This document shows, piece by piece, positions 1 through 8,170 of a stretch of 20,000 bases of DNA (its first letter is position 1; each line of letters begins with the position of its first letter). Below the pieces are notes generated by a model. The model did not search any database. It worked only from the letters and a program-made list of their open reading frames with translations, and had not been told where the DNA came from. The position numbers and the translations under genes are program-made. Source of the DNA: an uncultured virus (IMG/VR IMGVR_UViG_3300002460_002270). Lineage: Duplodnaviria; Heunggongvirae; Uroviricota; Caudoviricetes. Where the stretch lies: the IMG/VR virus record IMGVR_UViG_3300002460_002270; one strand, given 5' to 3'.

Positions 1-34
1 TCTTACATGTTGATAATGCATCAAATGTTACGCT

Positions 35-49
35 TGATAGAATCACGGC
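35..49 (+). promoter_or_regulatory. Putative extended -10 promoter (TG-a-TAGAAT) for the glycan operon
   Basis: TG at 35-36 and TAGAAT at 38-43, followed 6 nt later by the ATG at 50. No -35 hexamer at 17 bp spacing. An imperfect inverted repeat (5-28) lies just upstream. Confidence 0.4.
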
Positions 50-781
50 ATGTGTAAGAGAGTTCACCCGATGAAAGTCTTGATTCCGATGGCAGGTGAG
101 GGCAGCAGGTTCGTCCAAGCTGGATACACGTTTCCCAAGCCGTTGATCGATGTGAACGGTAAACCGATGATCCAGCGTGTCATTGAAAACCTCGATTTTG
201 ATGCTGAATACATCTTTCTTGTCAGGAAAGAGCATCTTGAAGAGTATGAGATTGAAGCAACGTTACAGCAGATCACACATGATAACTGCAATATTGTTGT
301 CGTTGATTCATTGACTGAGGGCGCAGCATGCACAGCTCTACTAGCACGGAAGCTTATTGATAATTGTGAAGAGCTGCTTATCGCTAATTCTGATCAGGTC
401 ATTGAGTATTCAAGAGAAAACTTTGAGACGCTTCGGAGGTTCACAGACCTTGATGGGATTGTCTTTGCGTTCAGGGCTGTCCATCCAAAATGGAGCTTTG
501 TCAGAACAAACGCTAGAGGATTGGTCGTTGAGGTTGCAGAGAAGAAACCCATCTCTGATATCGCTACATGTGGAATCTACTACTATCGTCGAGGAGCTGA
601 CTTCGTTAGCTGTGCACTTAAGATGATTGCGAAAGACGTTCGTGTAAACAATGAGTTTTACATCGCTCCCGTTTATAATGAGATGCTTAGTGATAAAAAG
701 ACACTGGTGCCGTTCTTTGTCCACAGGATGCATGGGCTCGGCACGCCAGAGGACCTTGAGAAGTATAGGGGCGAAAGATGA
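50..781 (+). CDS. Sugar-phosphate nucleotidyltransferase, BcbE-like (NTP_transferase fold)
   Basis: KVLIPMAGEGSRF..GYTFPKPLIDVNGKPMI, TEGAACT, IANSDQ, EVAEKKPIS, ATCGIYYY, NNEFYIAPVYN and LGTPEDL motifs. Alternative start is the ATG at 71 (MKVLIPMAG). Confidence 0.88.
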   Translation: MCKRVHPMKVLIPMAGEGSRFVQAGYTFPKPLIDVNGKPMIQRVIENLDFDAEYIFLVRKEHLEEYEIEATLQQITHDNCNIVVVDSLTEGAACTALLARKLIDNCEELLIANSDQVIEYSRENFETLRRFTDLDGIVFAFRAVHPKWSFVRTNARGLVVEVAEKKPISDIATCGIYYYRRGADFVSCALKMIAKDVRVNNEFYIAPVYNEMLSDKKTLVPFFVHRMHGLGTPEDLEKYRGER

Positions 782-1635
782 CACTCACACATGAGAACTT
801 AGGCATTTGGATTATCACGTACAATCGCTCAAATGAACTAAATGAAAACATCAGATCGCTGCGAGAGTCTGCGGGTGATCTGTTTAAGATTACTGTCATC
901 TCAAATCATAGTGTTGTCGAGCTTAAAGAAGACTATGGCAACATCAACATCATCATGAACCCGCTCCGACCCGATCATAGCTGGGGTTATCTGGCTCGAA
1001 GCTGGAATCAATGCTATTATTTGGGCCTTGAACTACATGAGAACATACTCGTCTCCCAGGATGATATGTTGTTTCGGACTGGATGGCTTGAACTAATCAA
1101 TGACGCACGCTCATATTCATTCTATTCTGCTCCTGTGGGCGATGTAGCCCACTTGACAAGCAGGGATGCATTCCTGAAGGTAGGTTGGTGGGATGAGAGG
1201 TTCGTTGCGATGGACTATCATGACTATGACTATCTCAGTCGCGTCTATCAGCAGATGAAGGAAGACTCTTCCGTTGTTGACCGCGGGCTTGGTGTCTCAT
1301 GGAATGATATCGGTTTGTCACAGTTTTGGTCAGGTAAAGGGTTTGAGGGCGATGGCACTGATCGCCCTCGAGGAGCAGAGACGTATCAGAATAGGGTTAA
1401 TAGGCTATGGTATGCACAGAAGCGCGCCCTGGGTTTTGATATCACGTCAAATCCGATGTGTCATAAGGATAAGCGCTGGCGTGATATTAGCAGTCCGGTC
1501 ATTATTCCAGAGATTGATTGGTATCCCTGGTTTACAGCTCGAATGCAACGCTTGACTGATAAGCGGCAGCAGTTTCATCATGTGCCGTACGTTGAAGCGT
1601 ACGGAAATGACGGGTATGACTGTGATAAGCTGTAG
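778..1635 (+). CDS. GT-A fold (GT2-like) glycosyltransferase
   Basis: N-terminal IWIITYNR, LARSWN, SQDD (DxD-like) and KVGWWDERF..DYHDYDY, resembling the GT2 GxFDExF...EDxD region. ATGA overlap with the upstream gene. Confidence 0.7.
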   Translation: MTLTHENLGIWIITYNRSNELNENIRSLRESAGDLFKITVISNHSVVELKEDYGNINIIMNPLRPDHSWGYLARSWNQCYYLGLELHENILVSQDDMLFRTGWLELINDARSYSFYSAPVGDVAHLTSRDAFLKVGWWDERFVAMDYHDYDYLSRVYQQMKEDSSVVDRGLGVSWNDIGLSQFWSGKGFEGDGTDRPRGAETYQNRVNRLWYAQKRALGFDITSNPMCHKDKRWRDISSPVIIPEIDWYPWFTARMQRLTDKRQQFHHVPYVEAYGNDGYDCDKL

Positions 1636-1658
1636 TAGCAGAAAGCTAGAGAAGCTCT

Positions 1659-2039
1659 ATGTTTGAGGTCAAGATTGTCAAAAAACCGTGGGGTGAAGAG
1701 CATTGGCTTGAACTCAATGAAAGATATTGCTACAAGCGGATCTACATCAATGCTGGTACTCGAACGAGCTTTCAATATCACGAACAAAAGCTTGAGACGA
1801 ATTTTATCATCTCTGGTGAAGCAGATGTCTGGCTTGAGGATGATGAAGGAGTTGTTCAGAAGATAAAGATGTGTGCTGGTGAGTATTTCACAGTAAAGCC
1901 TCCTCGAAAGCATCGTGTTATTGCCCTGACAGATCTAGTTCTTATGGAAGTTTCAACGCCCGAAGTGGACGACGTTATTCGGATTCAAGATGATGCTACT
2001 AGACCTGACGGTAGGATTGAGTCGGAGCATGGAGTATAG
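1659..2039 (+). CDS. Stand-alone cupin, mannose-6-phosphate isomerase (type II C-terminal)-like sugar isomerase
   Basis: VKKPWGEE, TSFQYHEQKLET, PPRKHRV, EVSTPEVDDVIRIQDD: cupin metal motif (H..E / H) of PMI-like proteins. Confidence 0.85.
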   Translation: MFEVKIVKKPWGEEHWLELNERYCYKRIYINAGTRTSFQYHEQKLETNFIISGEADVWLEDDEGVVQKIKMCAGEYFTVKPPRKHRVIALTDLVLMEVSTPEVDDVIRIQDDATRPDGRIESEHGV

Positions 2040-3618
2040 GGTTTGCATTCTATCAGCAGGCCGCGGCATGCGCCTGGGTCCGTTAACTGATGACATCAAC
2101 AAGTCTCTTTTGCCGATAGACGGTAGGGCTATAATCTCGCACATTATTGAGAAGTTTCCTAGGGATGTTGAGATTGTGGTGGCTGTTGGTTACCAGGCAG
2201 ACAAGGTCTGCGAGTATCTGAGCCATGCCCATGATGATCGAAAGATAGTCTGTGTTGAGGTGCCAGATTGGGATGCTCCGGGAGCAGGTCCTGGTGCGTC
2301 ATTGCTTCGTTGCAAGGGACATCTACCTGGCAGCTTTGTCATCTATGCAGCTGACACGTTGCTGATGGAGCACGTCCCACCGCCCGATAGGAATTGGTTG
2401 GGAGTTGCTCCTGTGACTGAGACCGAGCGGTTCTGTACTGTCCAGATTAAGGGTGAGCTCATCTCAAAGCTCACAGATAAACGGAAATGTGACAACCGGC
2501 TCGCCTTCGTCGGTGTTGCAGGGATCAGGGACTATGAAGAGTTCTGGGNAGCCTTGGAGGCCGATGATACACTAATCGAAAATGAGAAGCAGTTGTCGAA
2601 CGGTTTGGCGACGATGATTCTCCATCGGCTCCATCCTGAGGAATTTACTTGGTTCGATACTGGGACGATCGAGAGCTTTGAGGCGACAAGGAAGCACTTT
2701 GAGGGGGATGACAATTTCGTCTTTGACAAGGTGAATGAGTTCACCTACCAGATCAATGGGTTGTTGGTGAAGTACTTTGGCGACCCGAATGTCGTCAAGA
2801 ACAGGTTGGCACGTGCTGAGAAACTCGAAGACCTGTGTCCGACGATCAGGAAGTCATCCCAGCGGTTCTACTCGTACGAGATGGTCAAGGGGAAGACAGT
2901 CTATGAGTGTCTGACACCGAAGTTGACGTCTGACTTTATCACGTGGGCCATGAACAACCTATGGATTGAGGTAGAGGGTATCAACAAGGATGCCTATAAC
3001 AAGTCGTGTGACAAGTTCTACAGGACGAAGACCCTTGAGAGGGTCGCAATGTTCTACAAGAAGTACCCAGAGCTTAGGGAATTGCCTGCCAACGTCAATG
3101 GTGAGCCGCTCCCTCCACTTTCTTCAGTCTTTGAGGACGTCAATTGGTCTGGGTTGTCATTCGGTTTGCCGACAAACTTCCACGGAGACCTCCAGTTCGA
3201 CAACGTCCTCAGGTCAGGTTGGCTTTCGACGGGTCGGGATGCATTCAAACTGATCGATTGGCGTCAGGATTTCGATGGTAGGACCGATGTCGGTGACATG
3301 AGGTATGATCTGGCTAAGCTCTATGGTGGCCTGACGATCCCTTACAACCTGATTAAGCAGAACAAGTTCAAGTATGATGAGTCAGCTGACGGTGTCACGT
3401 ATGACATTGATACGACTCTAACTTTGAATGAGTCACAGGTTGTTCTCAGGAAGTACATCAACGATCTATTCGGTGCTGTGATTATGCAGGATGTTGAGAC
3501 AATCAGGGCTTTGATTTTCTTGAACATGGCTCCGCTGCACGCTTATCCTTTTGACAAGCTCCTCTACTACATGGGATGGAGTTACTTGCATCGGGCGGTA
3601 CACAGAGATGATCTGTAA
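2029..3618 (+). CDS. Bifunctional nucleotidyltransferase plus APH/choline-kinase-like sugar kinase (BcbE/BcbG-like fusion)
   Basis: N-terminal ILSAGRGMRL..NKSLLPI and WFDTGT (NTP transferase). C-terminal FHGDLQFDNVL, LIDWRQDF and YDLAKL (APH-type kinase motifs). Start placed at ATG 2029 (MEYRVCIL) rather than 1990. One ambiguous base (N) at 2549. Confidence 0.85.
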   Translation: MEYRVCILSAGRGMRLGPLTDDINKSLLPIDGRAIISHIIEKFPRDVEIVVAVGYQADKVCEYLSHAHDDRKIVCVEVPDWDAPGAGPGASLLRCKGHLPGSFVIYAADTLLMEHVPPPDRNWLGVAPVTETERFCTVQIKGELISKLTDKRKCDNRLAFVGVAGIRDYEEFWXALEADDTLIENEKQLSNGLATMILHRLHPEEFTWFDTGTIESFEATRKHFEGDDNFVFDKVNEFTYQINGLLVKYFGDPNVVKNRLARAEKLEDLCPTIRKSSQRFYSYEMVKGKTVYECLTPKLTSDFITWAMNNLWIEVEGINKDAYNKSCDKFYRTKTLERVAMFYKKYPELRELPANVNGEPLPPLSSVFEDVNWSGLSFGLPTNFHGDLQFDNVLRSGWLSTGRDAFKLIDWRQDFDGRTDVGDMRYDLAKLYGGLTIPYNLIKQNKFKYDESADGVTYDIDTTLTLNESQVVLRKYINDLFGAVIMQDVETIRALIFLNMAPLHAYPFDKLLYYMGWSYLHRAVHRDDL

Positions 3619-4429
3619 GGACACCAAAGTCTGTATTTCGATCTCGTCTAATCCAGGAAGCACAGGCGCTCTGATCCACAATTCTTTGTATGAACGTTAT
3701 GGGTTAGACTACATTTATGTTCCTCGAGCATTGGCTGATCATCAGTTAAATGATAGCATTACAGCAGTTCGTGCCCTTGGGATAGTTGGTTGCAGTGTTT
3801 CCATGCCCTTCAAGCGACGTGTGATATCGTTGCTTGATCAGACAGACGGACATGCTAGCTTTGTTCCTACTGTTAACACCATCAAGCACCTGGACGGACG
3901 TCTTATTGGTTATAACACTGATGTTGATGGCGTGATGATGGCATTAGGTGACCTTGTTTCATCGTATGAATGTCATATGACGCCCACTGTCGTCGGCTCG
4001 GGTGCGACTGCGTATTCAACCGTCTATGCTCTATCAATAATGGGATTCAAGGAGATGTATCTCTGGAATAGGACAGAATCTAAAGCTGATGCTTTAGCAG
4101 GATTTGTTAGCGCTTTGGGAATTAGAGCGTGTGTTTTGAAGGACCTCAATGCTTTGAGCGCCGATGTTCTTATAAATGCGTCAGCACTCGGTTTGGATGA
4201 TGAGTCTTTTCCGATGTCAGATGATGTCCTTGGGATGTATAGATTTGTCTTTGACGTTGTCAACAGTCCGAAACAGACAGACTTAATTATTCGAGCAGAA
4301 GCATTGGGTTTAAAGAACTCTACGGGTAAACAGATGGCATTGTATCAGGCCTTAAAGCAGTTTGAGATATACACAGACATCACACTTGACATTCCGCGTG
4401 AGATAGAGTTCTTAAGGTGTATCATATGA
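3608..4429 (+). CDS. sdhL: Shikimate dehydrogenase-like oxidoreductase, SdhL subfamily
   Basis: MICKDTKVCISIS..HNSLYERYGLDYIY..VRALGIVGCSVSMPFK..VNTI..GYNTD, then VVGSGATA and NRT. The N-terminus resembles H. influenzae SdhL (HI0607, recalled as MINKDTQLCMSLS...VRALGIRGCAVSMPFK) more than AroE. Start placed at ATG 3608. Confidence 0.85.
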   Translation: MICKDTKVCISISSNPGSTGALIHNSLYERYGLDYIYVPRALADHQLNDSITAVRALGIVGCSVSMPFKRRVISLLDQTDGHASFVPTVNTIKHLDGRLIGYNTDVDGVMMALGDLVSSYECHMTPTVVGSGATAYSTVYALSIMGFKEMYLWNRTESKADALAGFVSALGIRACVLKDLNALSADVLINASALGLDDESFPMSDDVLGMYRFVFDVVNSPKQTDLIIRAEALGLKNSTGKQMALYQALKQFEIYTDITLDIPREIEFLRCII

Positions 4430-5436
4430 AGCTATTCATTGGACCCATGAGCAAGAATGTTGTCGATGCAGCCATTGAGTTTGAACAGGAGAATAGACCA
4501 TCTGATCTAGCTGGGTTTATTCCATCACGAAGGCAGGTTGAGGCTAGCATTTTGGGGTGTGGGTACGTCTGTAACTGGACGACTGAAAAGTTTATCGATT
4601 ATGTTGTGTCTCATGATACCAGTCTTCGTATCATACGTGATCATGGGGGTCCAGGACAGGGGTCTGTAGAGGATGATGGGTTAGACTCATTGACATGTGA
4701 TGTTAAATCTGGTATAAAGTGTATCCATATTGATCCATGGAAGATGTATAGGACGATCGAGGGGGCTGCGATGTGCACGATCAGTCTCTTGAATCACTGT
4801 CATCTGATTGATTCAACATGCATGTTTGAGATTGGGACTGAGGAGGGTATTAGAAGGTACACTCCAGAAGAGCTGGATGAGTTTATCACGCTTGTTGAGG
4901 CAGGTGCTGATCCGTCTGTATTCGATTGCATCATCTATGCTGTGGTCCAGTCTGGAACGAATGTCAATGGTATGGCCAACACAGGTCATTTTGATGCGAA
5001 TAGGTCGGCAGAGATGGCTGCTGTCTGTCATAAGCACGGGCTGGAGGCTAAGGAACACAATTCTGATTACCTAACATCAGAAGAGCTTAAAGCCCGTGCT
5101 GACTGTGGTGTTGATGCATTCAACATCGCACCTGAGTTTGGAGTGTTAGAGACAGAGATTTTGATTGACATGCTTCGTAGCGCTGGACTATATGATGAAC
5201 TGAATGAATTTATTCGTACATGCATCAAGTCAGGAAAGTGGGAGCGCTGGGCATCATTCAACAGAGATTTCATATCTGATGAGCTTGGGTACTTAACAAC
5301 GCTATGCGGTCATTATAACTTTGAGACTGACTCGTACCGAAATGCCCGACGCCATCTCATTAAGGACGGTCTTGACTTCGATACGATCGTCAAGGATGCA
5401 ATCAAACAACGGATTGGGGAGATTGTTAAGGGATGA
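4426..5436 (+). CDS. GatZ/KbaZ-like TIM-barrel protein (putative ketose-phosphate epimerase)
   Basis: FIGPMSKNVVDA, IPSRRQVE..GYV, RDHGGPGQG, IHIDPW, EIGTEE, VVQSGT, KEHNSDY and NIAPEFG parallel the GatZ/KbaZ DHxGP, HxD, YxIGTE, VVQPG, EAHSTDY motifs. ATGA overlap at 4426. Confidence 0.78.
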   Translation: MKLFIGPMSKNVVDAAIEFEQENRPSDLAGFIPSRRQVEASILGCGYVCNWTTEKFIDYVVSHDTSLRIIRDHGGPGQGSVEDDGLDSLTCDVKSGIKCIHIDPWKMYRTIEGAAMCTISLLNHCHLIDSTCMFEIGTEEGIRRYTPEELDEFITLVEAGADPSVFDCIIYAVVQSGTNVNGMANTGHFDANRSAEMAAVCHKHGLEAKEHNSDYLTSEELKARADCGVDAFNIAPEFGVLETEILIDMLRSAGLYDELNEFIRTCIKSGKWERWASFNRDFISDELGYLTTLCGHYNFETDSYRNARRHLIKDGLDFDTIVKDAIKQRIGEIVKG

Positions 5437-5813
5437 AACGAGTTGCCTTCGATATGGATGATGTCATCTGCACACGCAGGTCAGAGGAGGGTGGCGTTCT
5501 AAAGTATCACACATGTGAGCCCATTCTGAAGGGAGTTAGGCTTGTCAATGAATGTTTTGATGCTGGCTATTATATCGTCATATTCACAGCACGTGGGATG
5601 ATAAGCTGCGAAGGAGACATTGAGAGGATCAATGCAGAGATTAGGCCTCTAACGCTGTGTCAGCTTAAACAGTGGGGTGTTAAACATCATGAGCTTGTCA
5701 TGGGAAAGTATCCGTATGATGTTTTGATCTGTGATAAGGCCGTAGATTCTCGTGACATAGCAACATTGGCTGACATCGAGAGAGCCTTAGCACGCTCTAT
5801 CTCGAATGAGTGA
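5433..5813 (+). CDS. Small capless HAD phosphatase (BcbF-like)
   Basis: AFDMDDVIC (DxD motif I), IFTARG (motif II), MGKYPYDVLICDKA (motifs III/IV). ATGA overlap. Confidence 0.85.
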   Translation: MKRVAFDMDDVICTRRSEEGGVLKYHTCEPILKGVRLVNECFDAGYYIVIFTARGMISCEGDIERINAEIRPLTLCQLKQWGVKHHELVMGKYPYDVLICDKAVDSRDIATLADIERALARSISNE

Positions 5814-6535
5814 TGTATACGATGAAACGCGTAGCTGTATGTGTGTCAGGACATCTTCGAGCACCCAAGCTTGGATATGAGTTGCTTAAGCGACATGTGA
5901 TTGATCCTAATCCAGGCTATCAATTTGACTTTTTCATCGATACGTGGTCAACTAGAGACTGGCGAAAGAATGGTGATATTGATAGGACGGGCGAATCTCT
6001 TGGACATGTGATCAGTGACGTCATATCATTTTACAAGCCGATAGTTCTAAATGTTCAGCGTGATCGTGAGTGGAACACTGATGCGTATATAAGACATGCT
6101 AGGGCTGGTGACGTTAAAAAGAAGACTAACGGCGAGCACATACTGGGAATGTATTATAAGATCATGAAATGTGATGAGATTCGCAGGAATCATGAAAATG
6201 AACTACATTTTCAATATGATTTAGTATTTAGACATAGGACTGACGTTTCATTTAAGAATGATCTAGTATTGTCAGATACGGTAATCGAACAGGCACAGGC
6301 TACGATCTTTGTTGCGAAGAATCATTCTGAGCAACAAGTCTGGTGCTCTGATGTATCAGCATTTTCTTCATCTAAGGGTATGACATTCTATTCACGTTTG
6401 TTTAAAGTGCTTCATACGCTTGTAGAAAGTCATAGCGTATTCAGGCCTGAACCATTACTATATCATCATCTCATGTCATCAAGTGAGTTTAAGTTTGATG
6501 AATTCTTTCCAGATTGGTATGTGATAAATGAATAG
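5813..6535 (+). CDS. Putative glycosyltransferase of the 'AVCxSGxxR' type
   Basis: KRVAVCVSGHLR, DFFIDTW, MYYKI, YDLVFRHRTD, SDVSAF and PEPLL: a motif set I recognise from small GT-like proteins in phage and polysaccharide loci. Start could be 5810 (GTG), 5813 or 5822. Confidence 0.6.
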   Translation: MYTMKRVAVCVSGHLRAPKLGYELLKRHVIDPNPGYQFDFFIDTWSTRDWRKNGDIDRTGESLGHVISDVISFYKPIVLNVQRDREWNTDAYIRHARAGDVKKKTNGEHILGMYYKIMKCDEIRRNHENELHFQYDLVFRHRTDVSFKNDLVLSDTVIEQAQATIFVAKNHSEQQVWCSDVSAFSSSKGMTFYSRLFKVLHTLVESHSVFRPEPLLYHHLMSSSEFKFDEFFPDWYVINE

Positions 6536-6552
6536 ATTGAGTGGAGTAGCTT

Positions 6553-7413
6553 ATGTCATTTTCTAATGAGCTTGAAAGATACGTAACAGATATCGAGAAT
6601 GCAGTAGCATACAAAGGAATAGGGAAGAAGCAAAGAAAATACACAGGGATAATGTTTCATGCTAGACGTATGGCTGAATTGATTGTAGGAGCAGAAGCAA
6701 GGAAAGCAGTAGAGCTTGGAACATGCACGGGAGAGGGTCTATGTCTGCTAGGCGCCGCATGTTCAGTAGAGGGAAATGTTACAAGCATTGATATAAAACG
6801 AAAAAATGACATTTATAAGAATGAAATATTAAAAAGATATCCGCCATTGGCTAATGTTAGATGTTTAACGGGTGATAGTGTTGATAACACTATTATATCT
6901 AAAGTAATGGCAGATGATCAGTTGATAGATGTGCTGTTTATTGATTCATCTCATCTTCGTAATCGTGTTCTTAAAGAGATAAATGCTTGGTTTCCGTTTC
7001 TTTCGAATGATGCTATTGTATTTTTTCATGACGCTGTCTTATGTCATGATACTGTAAGAGTTAGTGTAGATGATGTGTTAGATGGGCTGTCGGTGTTAAG
7101 GTGGTGTTCTGATCTTAACTTTGAGAAGCTTAGGCTTTATGATGTTCCAGATCACGCCGTAGCAGGAATAGATGATTCAGGTAGACCCTTTTCTCAGGCC
7201 GAGATAGATGATCGACGTGAGGGAGCAGAAGACGTGAGATTCAATTCTGATGAATTCTTTACGACAGATGCATCATTTAACGATGAAAATTTTGACGTGA
7301 AATATGAGCTAATAGCTCATTGGCCTGGGCTGATAGTGTTGTCAAATATCTCAGAGAGCGCGCGTGAATCAATCATAGAGAAAACAAGAAGAATTTTAGA
7401 TAAAGAAGCGTAA
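6553..7413 (+). CDS. Class I SAM-dependent methyltransferase (Methyltransf_24-like) with C-terminal extension
   Basis: VELGTCTGEG, SIDI, GDS, IDVLFIDSSH, IVFFHD. GGAG 7 nt upstream of the ATG. AT-rich sequence. Confidence 0.8.
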   Translation: MSFSNELERYVTDIENAVAYKGIGKKQRKYTGIMFHARRMAELIVGAEARKAVELGTCTGEGLCLLGAACSVEGNVTSIDIKRKNDIYKNEILKRYPPLANVRCLTGDSVDNTIISKVMADDQLIDVLFIDSSHLRNRVLKEINAWFPFLSNDAIVFFHDAVLCHDTVRVSVDDVLDGLSVLRWCSDLNFEKLRLYDVPDHAVAGIDDSGRPFSQAEIDDRREGAEDVRFNSDEFFTTDASFNDENFDVKYELIAHWPGLIVLSNISESARESIIEKTRRILDKEA

Positions 7414-7417
7414 ACTT

Positions 7418-8170
7418 ATGACATTGAAGTTAGGGATAGCAATTTCAGTCTTTAATAAGGTTTCTGAAGTTTTAACTAACGTAAATATCATTCGTAAACA
7501 CTGGATCGACTTTAATAATGCATTTATTAGTGTATGTTGTAATGATCAGAATAGCATAAAGTTAATAGAGAAGCTTGACATTGATGAGCTGACAATGGGC
7601 GCTAATATTCCGTCAGAGCCCAAGGTAAACTTAAGGCGTAGACAATTTAACTGCATTAAAGGGTCGATGGAAGCATGTCGCGCTGACTATGTTGTCCATT
7701 GGCATGCAGATGCATTTGCGGTCAACGTAGACTCTTTGTTAAAGATTGTTGAACAGATGGAAAAAATGACGTATGTTGCTGCTTTTCGAGGCAGAGGGCT
7801 TGACTACAGAAATCCAAAGACGATATACGGCGACTGTGATGACCATTTTTTGTTTTTGTCAAGAGCTATATTGGATGCTGGCTTGCTTGATGTCGATCCT
7901 GAAGAGCATGTGCGAACGTGTAACGTAGAGAGTTTTCTTAGCTTACAGCTAGCAAAACATCGCGACAGAGTCTGGCATTATTCAACAATGCGTCAGAACA
8001 TTGTTGGAACAGCCCTTAACGATCCATTCTACGATGACGGGATTCAGCATCGAGCGATGAATCCGTATAATATCGATCATGAACGAGGATTTATCCATGC
8101 TCAAACGCGTGAGCTTCTTAGAGAAAAATTATTGATGTATGATGTGCCACAGGAACTGATCAGTCTGTGA
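7418..8170 (+). CDS. Putative GT-A fold glycosyltransferase, divergent
   Basis: N-terminal LGIAISVFNK (GT2-like first strand) and DYVVHWHADAF (degenerate DxD). Operon context supports the call. Confidence 0.5.
   Translation: MTLKLGIAISVFNKVSEVLTNVNIIRKHWIDFNNAFISVCCNDQNSIKLIEKLDIDELTMGANIPSEPKVNLRRRQFNCIKGSMEACRADYVVHWHADAFAVNVDSLLKIVEQMEKMTYVAAFRGRGLDYRNPKTIYGDCDDHFLFLSRAILDAGLLDVDPEEHVRTCNVESFLSLQLAKHRDRVWHYSTMRQNIVGTALNDPFYDDGIQHRAMNPYNIDHERGFIHAQTRELLREKLLMYDVPQELISL

Noticed and set aside
10..24. Canonical FNR binding site
   Set aside because: The spacer is 5 nt rather than the 4 nt of the FNR consensus. Kept only as a generic inverted repeat.
1213..1233. GACTAT mini-repeats
   Set aside because: They encode DYHDYDY in the GT catalytic region and are explained by the protein sequence.
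1990..2028. Long N-terminal extensions in the ORF track (starts at 1990, 3551, 4417, 10160, 13673)
   Set aside because: They overlap upstream genes more than needed. Downstream ATGs (2029, 3608, 4426, 10169, 13739) match family N-termini and the coupling pattern.
2549..2549. Ambiguous base N in the NTase-kinase gene
   Set aside because: The codon GNA cannot be a stop and the frame is intact. It is a sequencing/assembly ambiguity, not recoding.
3608..4429. Aromatic amino acid biosynthesis (aroE)
   Set aside because: No aroB/D/K/A/C nearby, and the sequence is SdhL-like.
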